Made by a program: the position numbers and the translations under genes. Below the pieces are notes generated by a model. It searched no databases, had not been told where the DNA came from, and was given only the letters and a program-made list of their open reading frames with translations. Positions 27,791 to 39,427 of a stretch of 64,000 nt of DNA are shown one piece after another. The stretch spans positions 131,316,001 through 131,380,000 of the forward strand of contig NC_091291.1 in NCBI RefSeq assembly GCF_032444005.1, written 5' to 3'. This stretch comes from Ranitomeya imitator (lineage: Eukaryota). Each line of letters starts with the position of its first letter. Position 1 is the first letter of the stretch.

Positions 27791-28746
27791 AGGTGATTTT
27801 TCTGCTTAAAATGCAATTAATATATGTTTTGCGATTATCAGTAATTGCATCGCCCAGCTCCGTGCACTGATACGTGAGAAGTTTGGCCGGGGGGGAGAAG
27901 CTTTAAAATGAAGTGAATCTCACCAGCATTGGATTCATGCAGAAAAGCTATAATAATTCCATGTATTTATACAACTTTTTTGAAAGTACAAACGTGTTCC
28001 TGTGCTTCCACGTAAAACCTATACAGAAGCATGGTCTTGCCTCCCACAATTACTTTGGTTCATATACCAGTCTAATATGTCCAGGAACTGTGCTGAATCT
28101 CCTGCTCTGTAATTTGCTACACTCTCTTTTTGTGTGGACAGTTCATCTTCATTCGCATTCTGCCAGAACTATAGGTGTTGGAACTGCCTTCCCTCTTTTT
28201 TCCAGCATACATTGCTTCTTTTATTGTCCAATGACAATGACCTGAACAGAAATCCTGTATATAGGAGCATAGATAATAACAACCCTTCTTACTGTGGACA
28301 GAAAAAGACCCCCTCCCCCCACTTCCTGTAATAAGTCTCTGCTAGAAATGGACTATGCTTGACGACAGACAGCACACGATCACTTTGGAATAATGTTTTT
28401 GGGATAAAACATCATAATTTATAAATAAAGCCAAATCCTCCTTGCGATACCCTAGGAATAAATAAGAAACCCAATGCTCCATTGTTGTTAAACGATCCTC
28501 TTCCTTTTCTCGTGATCAGCAACACCAAAGAATCAAAACATCATCACTGTGCAATGATCATATAAGAGATAAAGATACCAAATCACTTTCCTGTTCCCAC
28601 AAAAGCAACATATTAATAGTGTAATGTACAAGACAGTCATAATCCAAGCAGCCTGATCGGAGTTTCGCCTACAGCAGCTTCTTCTCGGGCTCTATGGTAT
28701 TTTGTTAGAGGGGGATTTGGCTTTCCTTAAATCGTACATGGCTTAA

Positions 28747-28926
28747 AGGAGTTGTCCAAAACAGGTCACCAATTTCTGATTGGTGGGGATCTGACATCCT
28801 GCTCCAGCACTGGTCGACAGCTCCAGTGATAGCCGGACGGTCACAGTGTGCAAATCTGGGACAGCACAGCGCCGTACACTGTGCAGTGGCCTTTCTGAGG
28901 TACTGCAGCTCCTATTGGACACACCT
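28747..28926. mobile_element. Short degenerate T2/Kolobok-type MITE
   Basis: TTAA|AGGAGTTGTCC … GGACACACCT termini. Confidence 0.45.
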
Positions 28927-30077
28927 TAGATACCTGTCAACCAAACAGCTTTAACCTCCCAACTTGTCCCCCATACACATGCAAGTTCTCCCCGTAAACT
29001 TACGATTCTAATCCTACGGTAGGTTCAGTCTAGCATTAACATATGTTCAGGTTAGAGTTCAAGTCTGCAGTCAATCAATGTGACTGCAGGCTTGTGAATC
29101 CTCACAGCTCGCACACTGTGCGCTGTCAGGATTCTCCGATGTCAGCACTGGGAAAGGGTGGTTATGTGACCGCAAGTGCGCAATTTGCATATTTCTGGCC
29201 ACATTCCGACTAGACTGTGTCTGGCCTCGCTTATTTCAATTGCATTGAGCAAAGGCTGCACACGACTAGTTGGCATGTGACTGCATAATAGAAGTCACGT
29301 GCCCACCCACTCCTGTTCCCCAGTGCGTTGTGAGGATTCACACGTCTGCAGTCACACAGACTTGAACCCCAACCTCCTTTCAAGATCTCCTCACATGAGC
29401 AATATAACATTGGTGAGACCCACATTTAGCTTATATTCATGGCATATCTTCTGGATGTATGGGCTTGAGAACACCCTTTTAACAACAATCCTTATGTATA
29501 AATCAGTTTTTCATCCCTTTAAGGATCTTAGAGGTGATTTAGGATCTCTGAGACCATAAAACTAGTACAGGAAGTCTGTGCGGGGTGTCTTTGTGTCTCT
29601 CCTGGAAGTGGTCTTTGTTCCTCTGCTCCTGCTCTCCTGTCTGCCAAACTACATACCAGCAGACAGGAGAGCAAGCTATTGGAAGACGGCAAACGGAATG
29701 TACGCTGTGAAATGACAGAAAGCAAGTTCCATCACCTATAGTGCTGGCAGAAAGCTGATTTAGAGAATGGGTGGCATGCTTTTAAGCAAGGGAATTGGAA
29801 CAGTTCCTGGACATATTAGACTGGCATATGCACCAATGTAGTTTTTACTTGTCCCGGGGAACGAGGTCAGGAAGACCGGGCTTTTCTACACATTTTCTGC
29901 TCTTGATATAGTTACATTATTCCGGTATTGCGCATTCTGTTTCCTCATGACTTTTCATTGCTTGTAAACTCTCGAGTTCATCAAATTTCCTGCGTTACCT
30001 TGAAATCAGAGACGCGTCAGGGACTCCGCGCTGTAACACAAGCTGCGATGCCAACAGCCAGACGACGTCCGCGCTCA

Positions 30078-30137
30078 TATAAATATCGGCTTACAGGACC
30101 AACACCGAATCCGGACAAGGAGACGAGCAGCCACCAG
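30078..30137 (+). promoter_or_regulatory. apoa4 copy 3 TATA box (TATAAATA 30078-30085) and non-coding exon 1
   Basis: The exon ends CCACCAG|GTAAGGAGC, the same donor context as copies 1 and 2. The next acceptor is CTCCACAG|32209. Confidence 0.65.
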
Positions 30138-30288
30138 GTAAGGAGCGCACCCTCTTCCTTGGGTGTCAGGGGTTATACTGGACCTATAGATTTCGCACCA
30201 CATTCCTCTAGTTTCCTTCTGATCATTTATTTATAGGATTTTTACCCTTTTTCTATGACATTGATAATATACGGCTCGGATCCCTTAA

Positions 30289-30563
30289 AGGGGTTGTCCA
30301 TTACTGTCATGTTTATGACCTATCCTTGGAAAAGGACACGATGGGGTCCGGCACTGATCATCTGATACCTGTAGTTGCAGTTCCGTATATATTGCTCTCA
30401 GCTCCCATTCACTTGAACATGAGCTGATCTGCAGTACCTGGGATTGGTGACTACACAGCGCGCACAGAGCTGTGCGGTTCTTACTCCGTACACTGCTTAC
30501 ACCTTGCCTGCCGCGCAAATAACAGCTAATCAGTGTGCGTGCTGTTAGCAGTAGAGAGCCCCT
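30289..30563. mobile_element. T2/Kolobok-type MITE
   Basis: TTAA on both sides; termini AGGGGTTGTCC…GAGAGCCCCT. Confidence 0.6.
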
Positions 30564-30599
30564 TTAAGAGTATTTCTGCAAAGACATAGGGCTAAGTGG

Positions 30600-31570
30600 T
30601 AACATGTCTCCTTGTGGAAATTTTCCTCTGGGAAATGTAATAGGCAAATTGCCTCTTCAGAGAGGAAAAGGACTAGAAATTTATAGCACCACCTGTTGGA
30701 TGCAGCAAACATTATCGACCCTTTAACAAGTCGTGTAATATGACTTAGGATAAAAGCCAAATCAGTATCTCAATTCGCAGACACGGTGTTTCGTGGGTGT
30801 TGCCCCTCATTAGTGCAAAGTTTGAGAACTGATCTGGCTAGGTGACAGGCTCTAGACTGAGGTCTAAGGGGCAATGTTTCTCCTTGTGGAGAGAGACATA
30901 CCGACTCTGGCATGCCAAGGTAAGGAGGCTTATACGCCGTGCAATGCTCCTCCGGGAAATGTAATAGGCAAATTGCCTGTTCAGAGAGGAAGAGGACTAG
31001 AAGCACCACCTCTTGGATGCAGCAAACATTATCGACCCTTTAACAAGTCGTGCAATATGACTTAGGATAAAAGCCAAATCAGTATCTCAATTCGCAGACA
31101 CGGTGTTTCGTGGGCGTTTCCCCTCATTAGTGCAAAGTATGAGAACTGATTTGGCTAGGTGACAGGCTCTAGACTGAGGTCTAAGGGGCAATATTTCTCC
31201 TTGTGGAGAGAGACATAGCGGCCATGGCATGCCAATGTAAGGAGGCTTATTCGCTTCGCCGTGCAATGCTTCTCTTGGAAACTGAATATGCGAATTGCCT
31301 GTTCAGAGAGGAAGAGGACTTGAACTCTATAGCACCACCTGTTGGTAGCAGCAATCCTAGTCACAGAGAAACATTACCCCTCAGACCTCCATCCAGAGCC
31401 TCTCTCGTAGCCAAATCAGATCTCATACTTTGCACTGATGAGGGACAACACCCCGAAACACCGTGTTGAGATTTTCGTTAAAGGATTGAGAGTGACTTGT
31501 AGAATTGCTGCTTCCAACAGGAGGCGCTATAGAGTTAAAGTCTCTGAAGAGGCAGTTGCATACAAAGACA
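30600..31570. repeat. ~310-bp direct tandem duplication plus partial third and inverted copy, in apoa4 copy 3 intron 1
   Basis: TGTAATAGGCAAATTGCC…GACACGGTGTTTCGTGGG…GGAGAGAGACATA appears at ~30638 and ~30960. The reverse complement appears at ~31365-31560. Confidence 0.75.
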
Positions 31571-31829
31571 TAGAAAAGAGATTGAGCTTTTATTTAAAAA
31601 ACATAACATTCTAGGAATTAATATACCAATAGTGAAATTCCCTTAAGGGAAAAAGTAGAGAAGATGCCACTTTCTGAGAGTAGTCATTTTAAAAAGAGAA
31701 ATTAAAATCAGGGAATTTGCTCACTTGATGGAATTGTGGATATTTGGGAACAATGCCTATAAATGCATGAAATAAATCCAATATGTGCAGCCGACCTGGT
31801 GTGCTGATGGAAATTCCTCCAATGAGGAT

Positions 31830-32070
31830 GGAGATACAAGGTAAAGGGCGCTCTCACGATAGAAGATGTAGTTATTTACCAAAAAAGTACAAGAAAAAAA
31901 AAATTAAAAATACAATGCGTTTCGGGGGTATCCTTCTTCAGGTGTTTGAGACACCTGAAGAAGGCTGGATACAGTCGAAACGGGTTGTGTTTTTCAATAC
32001 ATTTTTATTTTCTGGTATGGTAATTTGATTTAATCTTCTATCATGGGAGCGCCCTTCACCCGGTATTTCC
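31830..32070. repeat. Inverted-repeat PLE-type remnant carrying back-to-back hammerhead motifs
   Basis: Arms GGAGATAC..AAGGGCGCTCTCACGATAGAAGAT / ATCTTCTATCATGGGAGCGCCCTT…GTATTTCC. The centre has CTGAAGA…CGAAAC on both strands. Confidence 0.7.
31948..31993 (+). ncRNA. Minimal type I hammerhead ribozyme motif
   Basis: GAGACAC-CUGAAGA-A-GGCUG(GAUA)CAGUC-GAAA-C(GG)G-UU-GUGUUUU. The core is intact, helices I and II pair, and helix III is minimal. Confidence 0.6.
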
Positions 32071-32221
32071 ACCCTTATTCTAGGGATTAAGCAAATTTTT
32101 CACAAAAAAAACCATTTATCTGATGCAAAAATGCGTGTTTCATGATACTGGGTATCAAGTGATTGTAATAAAATGTTATGGAATAATGGAGAAAATTTCA
32201 CTCCACAGGGTATAAAAGAAA

Positions 32222-35200
32222 ATGTTGGCTAAAGTGGTAACGTTCACTCTTATAAGCATCATCACAGGTCAGTCCTTGTTGATTCTTTTAAATCACTTCT
32301 CATTCTGGGCTTAGGAGTCCTGTGGGCGGTCCCAAAAAATGATTGACAGTTATATATGTATACACAGTCTGTAATGCCATTCCCCGGCTTTTCTTTTCTT
32401 TTTTAGTTAACTATCACAGAAATTCCCTCTAATACTGTCTTTAGTTCTTTTTTTAGCTTATCTTTTCCTGTTAAATCTCTTCTTAAAGGGAATCTGTCAC
32501 TAGGATCAACCCGCCTAAGCCGCTTATATTGGCATGCAGGTAACTGAAAGTCGAATAAAATGATACCTTGATATCTGCGATCCGATGTTTTATTACAGAG
32601 AAATCCATGTGTTTCTTAATATGCAAATGAGTTAAGATCTATGGGTTGGGACATAGATCTCATGGAGAAATCTGCCTCTAGAGCGGATCTTAAATAAAAG
32701 GGGGCGTTACCAGACATATAGATCATGGGAGCAGACGGAGAGTCATTAAATGTCTCACATTGGTAACGACTCCTTTAATTTACAATGCATTCTAGAAGCA
32801 GTTTCTCGGGAAGATCTATGCCCGGCCCATAGATCTTAACATCTCATTTACATATTAAGAAAAACATGGATTTCTCTTGAATAAGACATCGGATCGCATA
32901 CATCAAGGTATCATTTTATTCAGCTTCCTGGGACCTACATGCCCATATAGATGGCTTAGGAAGGTTGATCCTCCCAACACATTCCCTTTAATGAGTAACT
33001 AAATCTTTTAAAGGTTTAAGTTACCCTTTAAAAGTTACTTGTGTTATTTTTATCTACATTATTGGGAAGGTAAAAGGGGCAATTTCTCGACGACTTTTAC
33101 CATCCTGTTCCCTCATGAGCTTTCACGTCAGACCCCGCTGATCTCATGGTTGAACATAAATCTTGCCAATTCAATATAAAAATAACGATTGTCATTCTTC
33201 GCTCAGGTTCTCTCGTCGATGACAACACGAAACTACTGGATGATGCCCTCTTGTCTTACCTCAGCCTCCTGAGCGGCAGCACCAAGGACAGCAGCTCCTC
33301 ACAAGTGTCCCTCTCTGACTTCAGCAGCCTCTTGGAGTATGTGAGATGAAAGTAACAGCAGCTAAATGTTTACAAGTAGAAGGAAACTCTTGATACAATG
33401 TATACAATCATTATATGGAAGCATACTCCAATTATTTGTTAAAACTTTTTCTATTCTTTATAGTTTATCTGTGTGTTGCATTTGGGCTCCGAATTCATCA
33501 TTGCTGTTTCTCCACTTCTCTGGAGTAATTTGCTGCCTTTTGTCATGATCCAGGTCGGGGGTTTGCTTCTTGCTTTTCCTTCCTCGGTCTGGTTATGGTG
33601 GGGTTAACTTTTTCTGCCTCTCTTTGGTTCGTGGGTGGCTATTTAGTGCTGCCACTCGTGGTAGCATTTGTCAGTGATAGTTCCAGTCCCTGGCTTGAGC
33701 AACTGATCCTTATACCCTAGTGATCCTTCTGCCTTTGACCACCTGTATTTGTGCCTGACCTGTTCCCTATCTCTGACTTAGAGTGTGTTTGGTGGTTCCC
33801 TACAGTGTATGACTCGGCTTGAATTCTGAACCCCGCCTCCTGCTTTCCGTCTGTTACTACGTTTCCCGTTCTGGCTTTGACTCTTTGGCTCATACCCTGA
33901 CTACATCTTCTGTCTCATGTTTTGGATCCCATGCTCCCGCCTGGTTCCGATTTCTGTCTTGTCTCTGACCACGTGCATTGCTGTGACCTCCGGTACTTAT
34001 CTTCCTGTTTTTTGCTGACCGGACTGTCTAACTTCTCTGCCACCTCCTTGTGGCGCTCCGCACTTTGCACTGTGGTGCTACACGGTGAGTGCTACCGGTT
34101 TCCCCTTACCTGCGCCCCCTGGTGGAGGTTGCGTGCAACTGCCTTGCAGGTGCATTACATTATCACTGACAAATGCTACTAGAAATGGCACCAATAAATA
34201 GCCACCCAGGAACCAAAAAGAGGCAGGAAAACTTAACCCCACCATAACCAGGCCAGGGAAAGAAAAGCAAGAAGCAAACCCGGACCTGGATCATGACACC
34301 TTTTAGTAGCTTAAGGCTTTCACACTAGCGTCGAATTCGGCCCGTCGCATTGCGTCGGGCCGAGATTCCGATGCTAGCGTTTGATGCGCCGCACAACGGG
34401 TGCAGCGGATACATTTCTCTGGCGCATCCGCTGCCCCATTGTGAGGTGCGGGGAGGTGGGGGCGGAGTTCCGGCCGCGCATGCGCGGTCGGAAAAAGCGG
34501 TCCGTCGGCAGCAAAAAACGTTACGTTTAACGGTTTTTGCTCTCGGCGGTCCGCCACAACACGGCGCAACCGTCGCACGATGGTTGCGACGTGTGTCAAT
34601 ACGTCGCAATGCGTCGGTAATGTTACTCTATGGGGCAAAAACGCATCCTGCAAACAACTTTGCAAGATGCGTTTTTTCCCCTAAACGACGCATTGCGACG
34701 TATTCAAAACAACGCCAGTGTGAAAGTAGCCTTAGTATTTGCTCCTTATTCTCTATACATTTTGTGTCAATTTCTAAGTTGTCTTTCTTTTTTGAGTCTT
34801 TCATTTTTTATATTTTTTCTCAACAACATCGCTTATCAGATTTTTTAGACAGATTCATGAAATGTTGTATTTTTTTGTGGTACATTTGACTCCAGTCCCT
34901 GACTGGAGTAAGGTTTCTGGAGGTTTTCAATTTGCGAATTGTCACGCTGCAGCTATGCACGTAACTGCAACTTCCACCAGATGGCAACAGAGTGGAAGGA
35001 AAGTAACAAGTCTGCAAGGGCAGACCTGCAGTGCTTCAGCGAAGCTACCACTAGGTGGCAGCAGAATAGTTAAACAAGCCGAGTCAAAACCTAGACTGTC
35101 ACACAGTACAAAGGAAAAAAAAACAGTAACAGAGTCAGAGGAGAGCCAGAGGGTCAAACACCAGACAAGAAGCAGAAGTATCAGGAACCTGAGGCAAAGT

Positions 35201-36517
35201 CAAATCAGAGTCAAAGCCAAGTCAAACACAGAAATCAAAGAGCAATCAGGAAACACAAAGACAAGATTGGCATGGAAGGAGAGATAGACATGGGCAAGGT
35301 CAAAAGGTACAGCACATCGGTCTGATCCGAGCGCTAATGCACAGGGACTGGCCAAGGGTGACATCATTACAGCTGCATGTATTTCTATCAAAGTGTCCCA
35401 GTGGGGTAGGGAGAGCCGCTGCCAGTCCGTGTATTAGTCATCTGATCTCGGACTGAGGTGCGCGGACGTCTGAATGAGCCGCACGAGTGTCGTCCAAACT
35501 TGTCGATATCGGTGAGTTCGGCCAACATTAGTCCTTGGTGTATGGGCGTATTTAGAGACTTTTTTGCCTATCATAGGAAACAGAATTCTTGCACTTTTCC
35601 AAGTAAATCATTTTCTTGCTTCCAATTTCAGCAGCACTCTAACATTGGGTGAAGAAGAGAAAAGCGTCTACGCACAACTACTGAACAAGGTCTCGTTTTT
35701 TGCCAAAACAGTCTATGAACAGGCGACAAAAGACTCGGAAAAACTCCAGTTGGAGTTGGAACAGCTGAAGATCAAACTCATCCCTTATTCCAAAGAGGTG
35801 ACAAAGCTGCTAAGTAAGACCACAGAAGAGCTGGAGATTACGCTCAATCCCTACGCTGATGAACTTCAGACGCAAGTCGAAAAAATTACTTTGGAATTTA
35901 TCAAAAAGTTAAAAAGTTTCAGTCTAGACTTGAAGTTGCCGTTGGTCTTGTACTTCCAAACACTGGACGTTAGAATGGCGGAGTGCCTTAATGCGCTGAG
36001 GAGCGCGGTCGCAACATGCACTGAAAAAGTCAAAGAGACGATCGATCTGCAAGTTGCGGCTTTGTATCAAAGTCTTTCTCCTTTTGCGGAAGAAATGCAA
36101 GACGCTTTGAGGAAACAACTGGGGAACTTGAACTTTTCGATGAAAAAAAGCGTCATCTTGATTGGGAGCAAGATCTTGGAGAACACGTCAATGCTGGAGA
36201 AGGAAATGAGTCTTTGTATCAGTCAGATAAAGGAGAAGAAGGGCTCTCTCTACCGGAATGTCCGATACACAGTAACATCCTGCCTGGTCGATTTGAGCCA
36301 AAAGATTAAAATGTTTAATTCGGTGATGACCCCCTTTGGAGAAACTCTCACCAAGTCAGTCGTATTCCGCATTGAGAACATACAAAACTTGCTTCAGGGA
36401 TCTGCAGCTGTGAATCTGCAAAACAAGAAAGATATTCTAGAAAAGAGCATTTTCGACACGATCAGCAACTTTATTAACAATAGCACCTTGCTGACCAACG
36501 CAAGCGTCACTGAGTGA
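32222..36517 (+). CDS. Divergent apolipoprotein A-IV-like, copy 3; join(32222..32267,33207..33336,35632..36517), 353 aa
   Basis: Signal peptide MLAKVVTFTLISIITG (compare copy 2). Same intron phases 1 and 2. The last exon aligns with copy 1 (KDSEKL, LIPY, LNPYADEL, SPFAEEMQ, FSMKKS, MTPF). No stops or frameshifts. Confidence 0.85.
32487..32987. mobile_element. T2/Kolobok-type MITE (501 bp) in apoa4 copy 3 intron 2
   Basis: TTAA TSD on both sides; termini AGGGAATCTGTC…ATTCCCT; long internal inverted symmetry. Confidence 0.85.
33541..34298. mobile_element. TGT…ACA element with ~140-bp TIRs and 5-bp TSD, related to the solo-LTR-like family
   Basis: TGTCATGATCCAGGTC… / …GACCTGGATCATGACA. TSD CCTTT at 33536-33540 and 34299-34303. 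The left end is homologous to the 26960 element. Confidence 0.8.
34315..34731. mobile_element. PIF/Harbinger MITE
   Basis: TIR GGCT(AC)TTTCACACT…AGTGTGAAAGTAGCC, with TAA/TTA flanks and a CpG-rich palindromic interior. Confidence 0.8.
34940..35300 (-). mobile_element. Truncated solo-LTR-like copy (same family as 26960-27519)
   Basis: Begins TGTCACGCTG. GCTACCACTAGGTGGCAGCAGAATAGT…AAGCCGAGTC is the reverse complement of the 27360-27420 segment. Confidence 0.65.
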
Positions 36518-37802
36518 CAGCATAAACCTGCTCATCTGATCCCTACACTTAAAGGGGTTGGTCACTTTATTGTCCCATATGAGCTAGAAACAGCAAAGTA
36601 ACTAACGTACCAATATACTGTGATCAGATGTATACTGATACTGCCGCCCTATGTTTTCTCCGTTCTGCGCCAACACACTCCAGCCCCAACATGGCATCTG
36701 ATGAAGGTGTGTGTGACCAGACCAGCCATGTTGAAGTTGGGCGATGCGCTCCAGATGGAGAAAAGTCAACCCATGGTCGTCAGCATACAAGTGAACACAT
36801 CAATGCAAATCTTCCCATAACATTTTATTGTTAGAGAGGACCTGTCCTTAGGTCAAAAGTGCCCAATTTTGGCCGTATTCTATTCCTGCTGTTCCCCAAA
36901 TTTTCTGTTAATCCGCCTTATGGTTCCTGAGATATGGGCCTTTTTATACAGTGCAATTCTGGTCTTTACTAATGGGGGCGTGTCTCACAGGCTAATTATG
37001 CAGAGACGCCTAAAGACACGCCCCGGAGGATCCCATGAGCCACACCCCTGCGGTAATTTATTTTAACTAAAAAGGTCTATATTTCTGGAACCGAATGGTG
37101 AATTAAAAAAAAATTGAATACAGCAGGAATAAACAGGTCCTCTATATATGCTGTCTCTAACATACATGTAAGAATGAAGAAGTGACCTCCCCCTTTACTA
37201 CAGGGGCTTCACATAGGTGCAGGGCTGGTGGGACATGTGTCCATGGGTGGCAGAGGGTGCCAAGAAGCCACTCAGCCTTGGCCAGCTTATTTAGATACAG
37301 AACTACTGCTCTAACATTACTATATATTATTTTAAGTCATTTTATGGTTTTGCTAAATTACACTGTTGTATTCTCTCTGATACAGTATATAAAATGTAAC
37401 GTGCTGCCGCCTTTCATTAGCAATCTTCAGTACGGAGCCTGTGAAGTGGCTGGTTATTAATATATGCAGCTCAGGCCACAGCAATGAGACTTAGTATTAG
37501 TGGGAAATTTAAATAGTCTTCTATCATTACCTTTTCTCCTCTACTTTATATAATCATTTTCCATTTAATAAAACTTAAATAAAGCTTTCCTCAAATTAAT
37601 ATGCATTCATTTTTTTTTGTATTTTTTCCATATTTGGAGGCATAGCTATCGGGGTGCTGAAGATTTTGGTGATGTCTGCGGCCACTGAATGATTACAGTG
37701 CTCACTTTACATAATGCCAGAATCACTGAAATAGCACCAGCAGGGGAGGGGTGCATGTGATTTTATTTTACATCATCTCAAATATCATATCACATATCAG
37801 AG

Positions 37803-39258
37803 ATCATATCCAGCCTATATTACTGGGAGAGACACAGATATCACATCCAGCCTATATTACTGGGAGAGACACACAGATCTCACATCCAGCCTATATTACT
37901 GGGAGAGACACAGATCTCACATCCAGCCTATATTACTGGGAGAGACACACAGACCTCACATCCAGCCTATATTACTGGGAGAGACACACAGATCTCACAT
38001 CCAGCCTATATTACTGGAGAGACACACAGAGCTCACATCCAGCCTATATTACTGGGAGAGACACACAGACCTCACATCCAGCCTATATTACTGGGAGAGA
38101 CACACAGATCTCACATCCAGGCTATATTACTGGGAGAGAGACAGAGCACACGTCCAGCCTATATTACTGGGAGAGACACACAGAGCTCACATCCAGCCTA
38201 TATTACTGGGAGACACACAGATCTCACATCCAGCCTATATTAGAGACACACAGAGCTCACATCCAGCCTATATTACTGGGAGAGACACACAGAGCTCACA
38301 TCCAGCCTATATTACTGGGAGAGACACACAGAGCTCACATCCAGCCTATATTACTGGGAGAGACAGACGTCACATCCAGCCTATATTACTGGGAGAGACA
38401 CACAGACCTCACATCCAGCCTATATTACTGGGAGATACACACAGAGCTCACATCCAGCCTATATTACTGGGAGATACACACAGAGCTCACATCCAGCCTA
38501 TATTACTGGGAGAGACACACAGATCTCACATCCAACCTATATTACTGGGAGAGACACACAGCTCACATCCAGCCTATATTACTGGGAGAGACACACAGAG
38601 CTCACATCCAGCCTATATTACTGGGAGAGACACACAGACCACACATCCAGCCTATATTACTGGGAGATACACACAGAGCTCACATCCAGCCTATATTACT
38701 GGGAGATACACACAGAGCTCACATCCAGCCTATATTACTGGGAGAGACACACAGACCTCACATCCAGCCTATATTACTGTGAGAGACACACAGAGCTCAC
38801 ATCCAGCCTATATTACTGGGAGAGACACACAGACCTCACATCCAGCCTATATTACTGGGAGAGACACACAGACCTCACATCCAACCTATATTACTGGGAG
38901 AGACACACAGAACTCACATCCAGCCTATATTACTGGGAGAGACACACAGACCTCACATCCAGCCTATATTACTGGGAGAGACACACAGAGCTCACATCCA
39001 GCCTATATTACTGGGAGAGACACACAGAGCTCACATCCAGCCTATATTACTGGGAGAGACACACAGACCTCACATCCAGCCTATATTACTGGGAGAGACA
39101 CACAGACCTCACATCCAACCTATATTACTGGGAGAGACACACAGAGCTCACATCCAGCCTATATTACTGGGAGAGAGACACAGACCTCACATCCAGCCTA
39201 TATTACTGGGAGAGACACACAGAGCTCACAACCAGCCTATATTACTGGGAGAGACACT
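37803..39258. repeat. 39-bp minisatellite (~1.45 kb)
   Basis: Unit CACATCCAGCCTATATTACTGGGAGAGACACACAGA[G/C]CT. Confidence 0.96.
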
Positions 39259-39427
39259 CTGCATATGTGTATTAGGCTGTAAACTACATATAATAGGATC
39301 TAAAAATGAAGAAAAGAATAAAGACTGGAGAGTTAAGCATTTTTATTAACCATAGGTAGACACATATGTAAAATCATTTTATCCTTTAAGCTTCTATCCT
39401 TTTAGCCTTTAAACCATTTATGGGGTA

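Noticed and set aside
32211-32217. TATAAAA just before the copy 3 ATG
   Set aside because: It lies 2 nt inside exon 2 after a good acceptor and only about 5 nt before the ATG, too close to be its promoter.
37751-39282. 343- and 167-aa ORFs (SHPAYITGRDTQ)
   Set aside because: Artefact of the 39-bp array.
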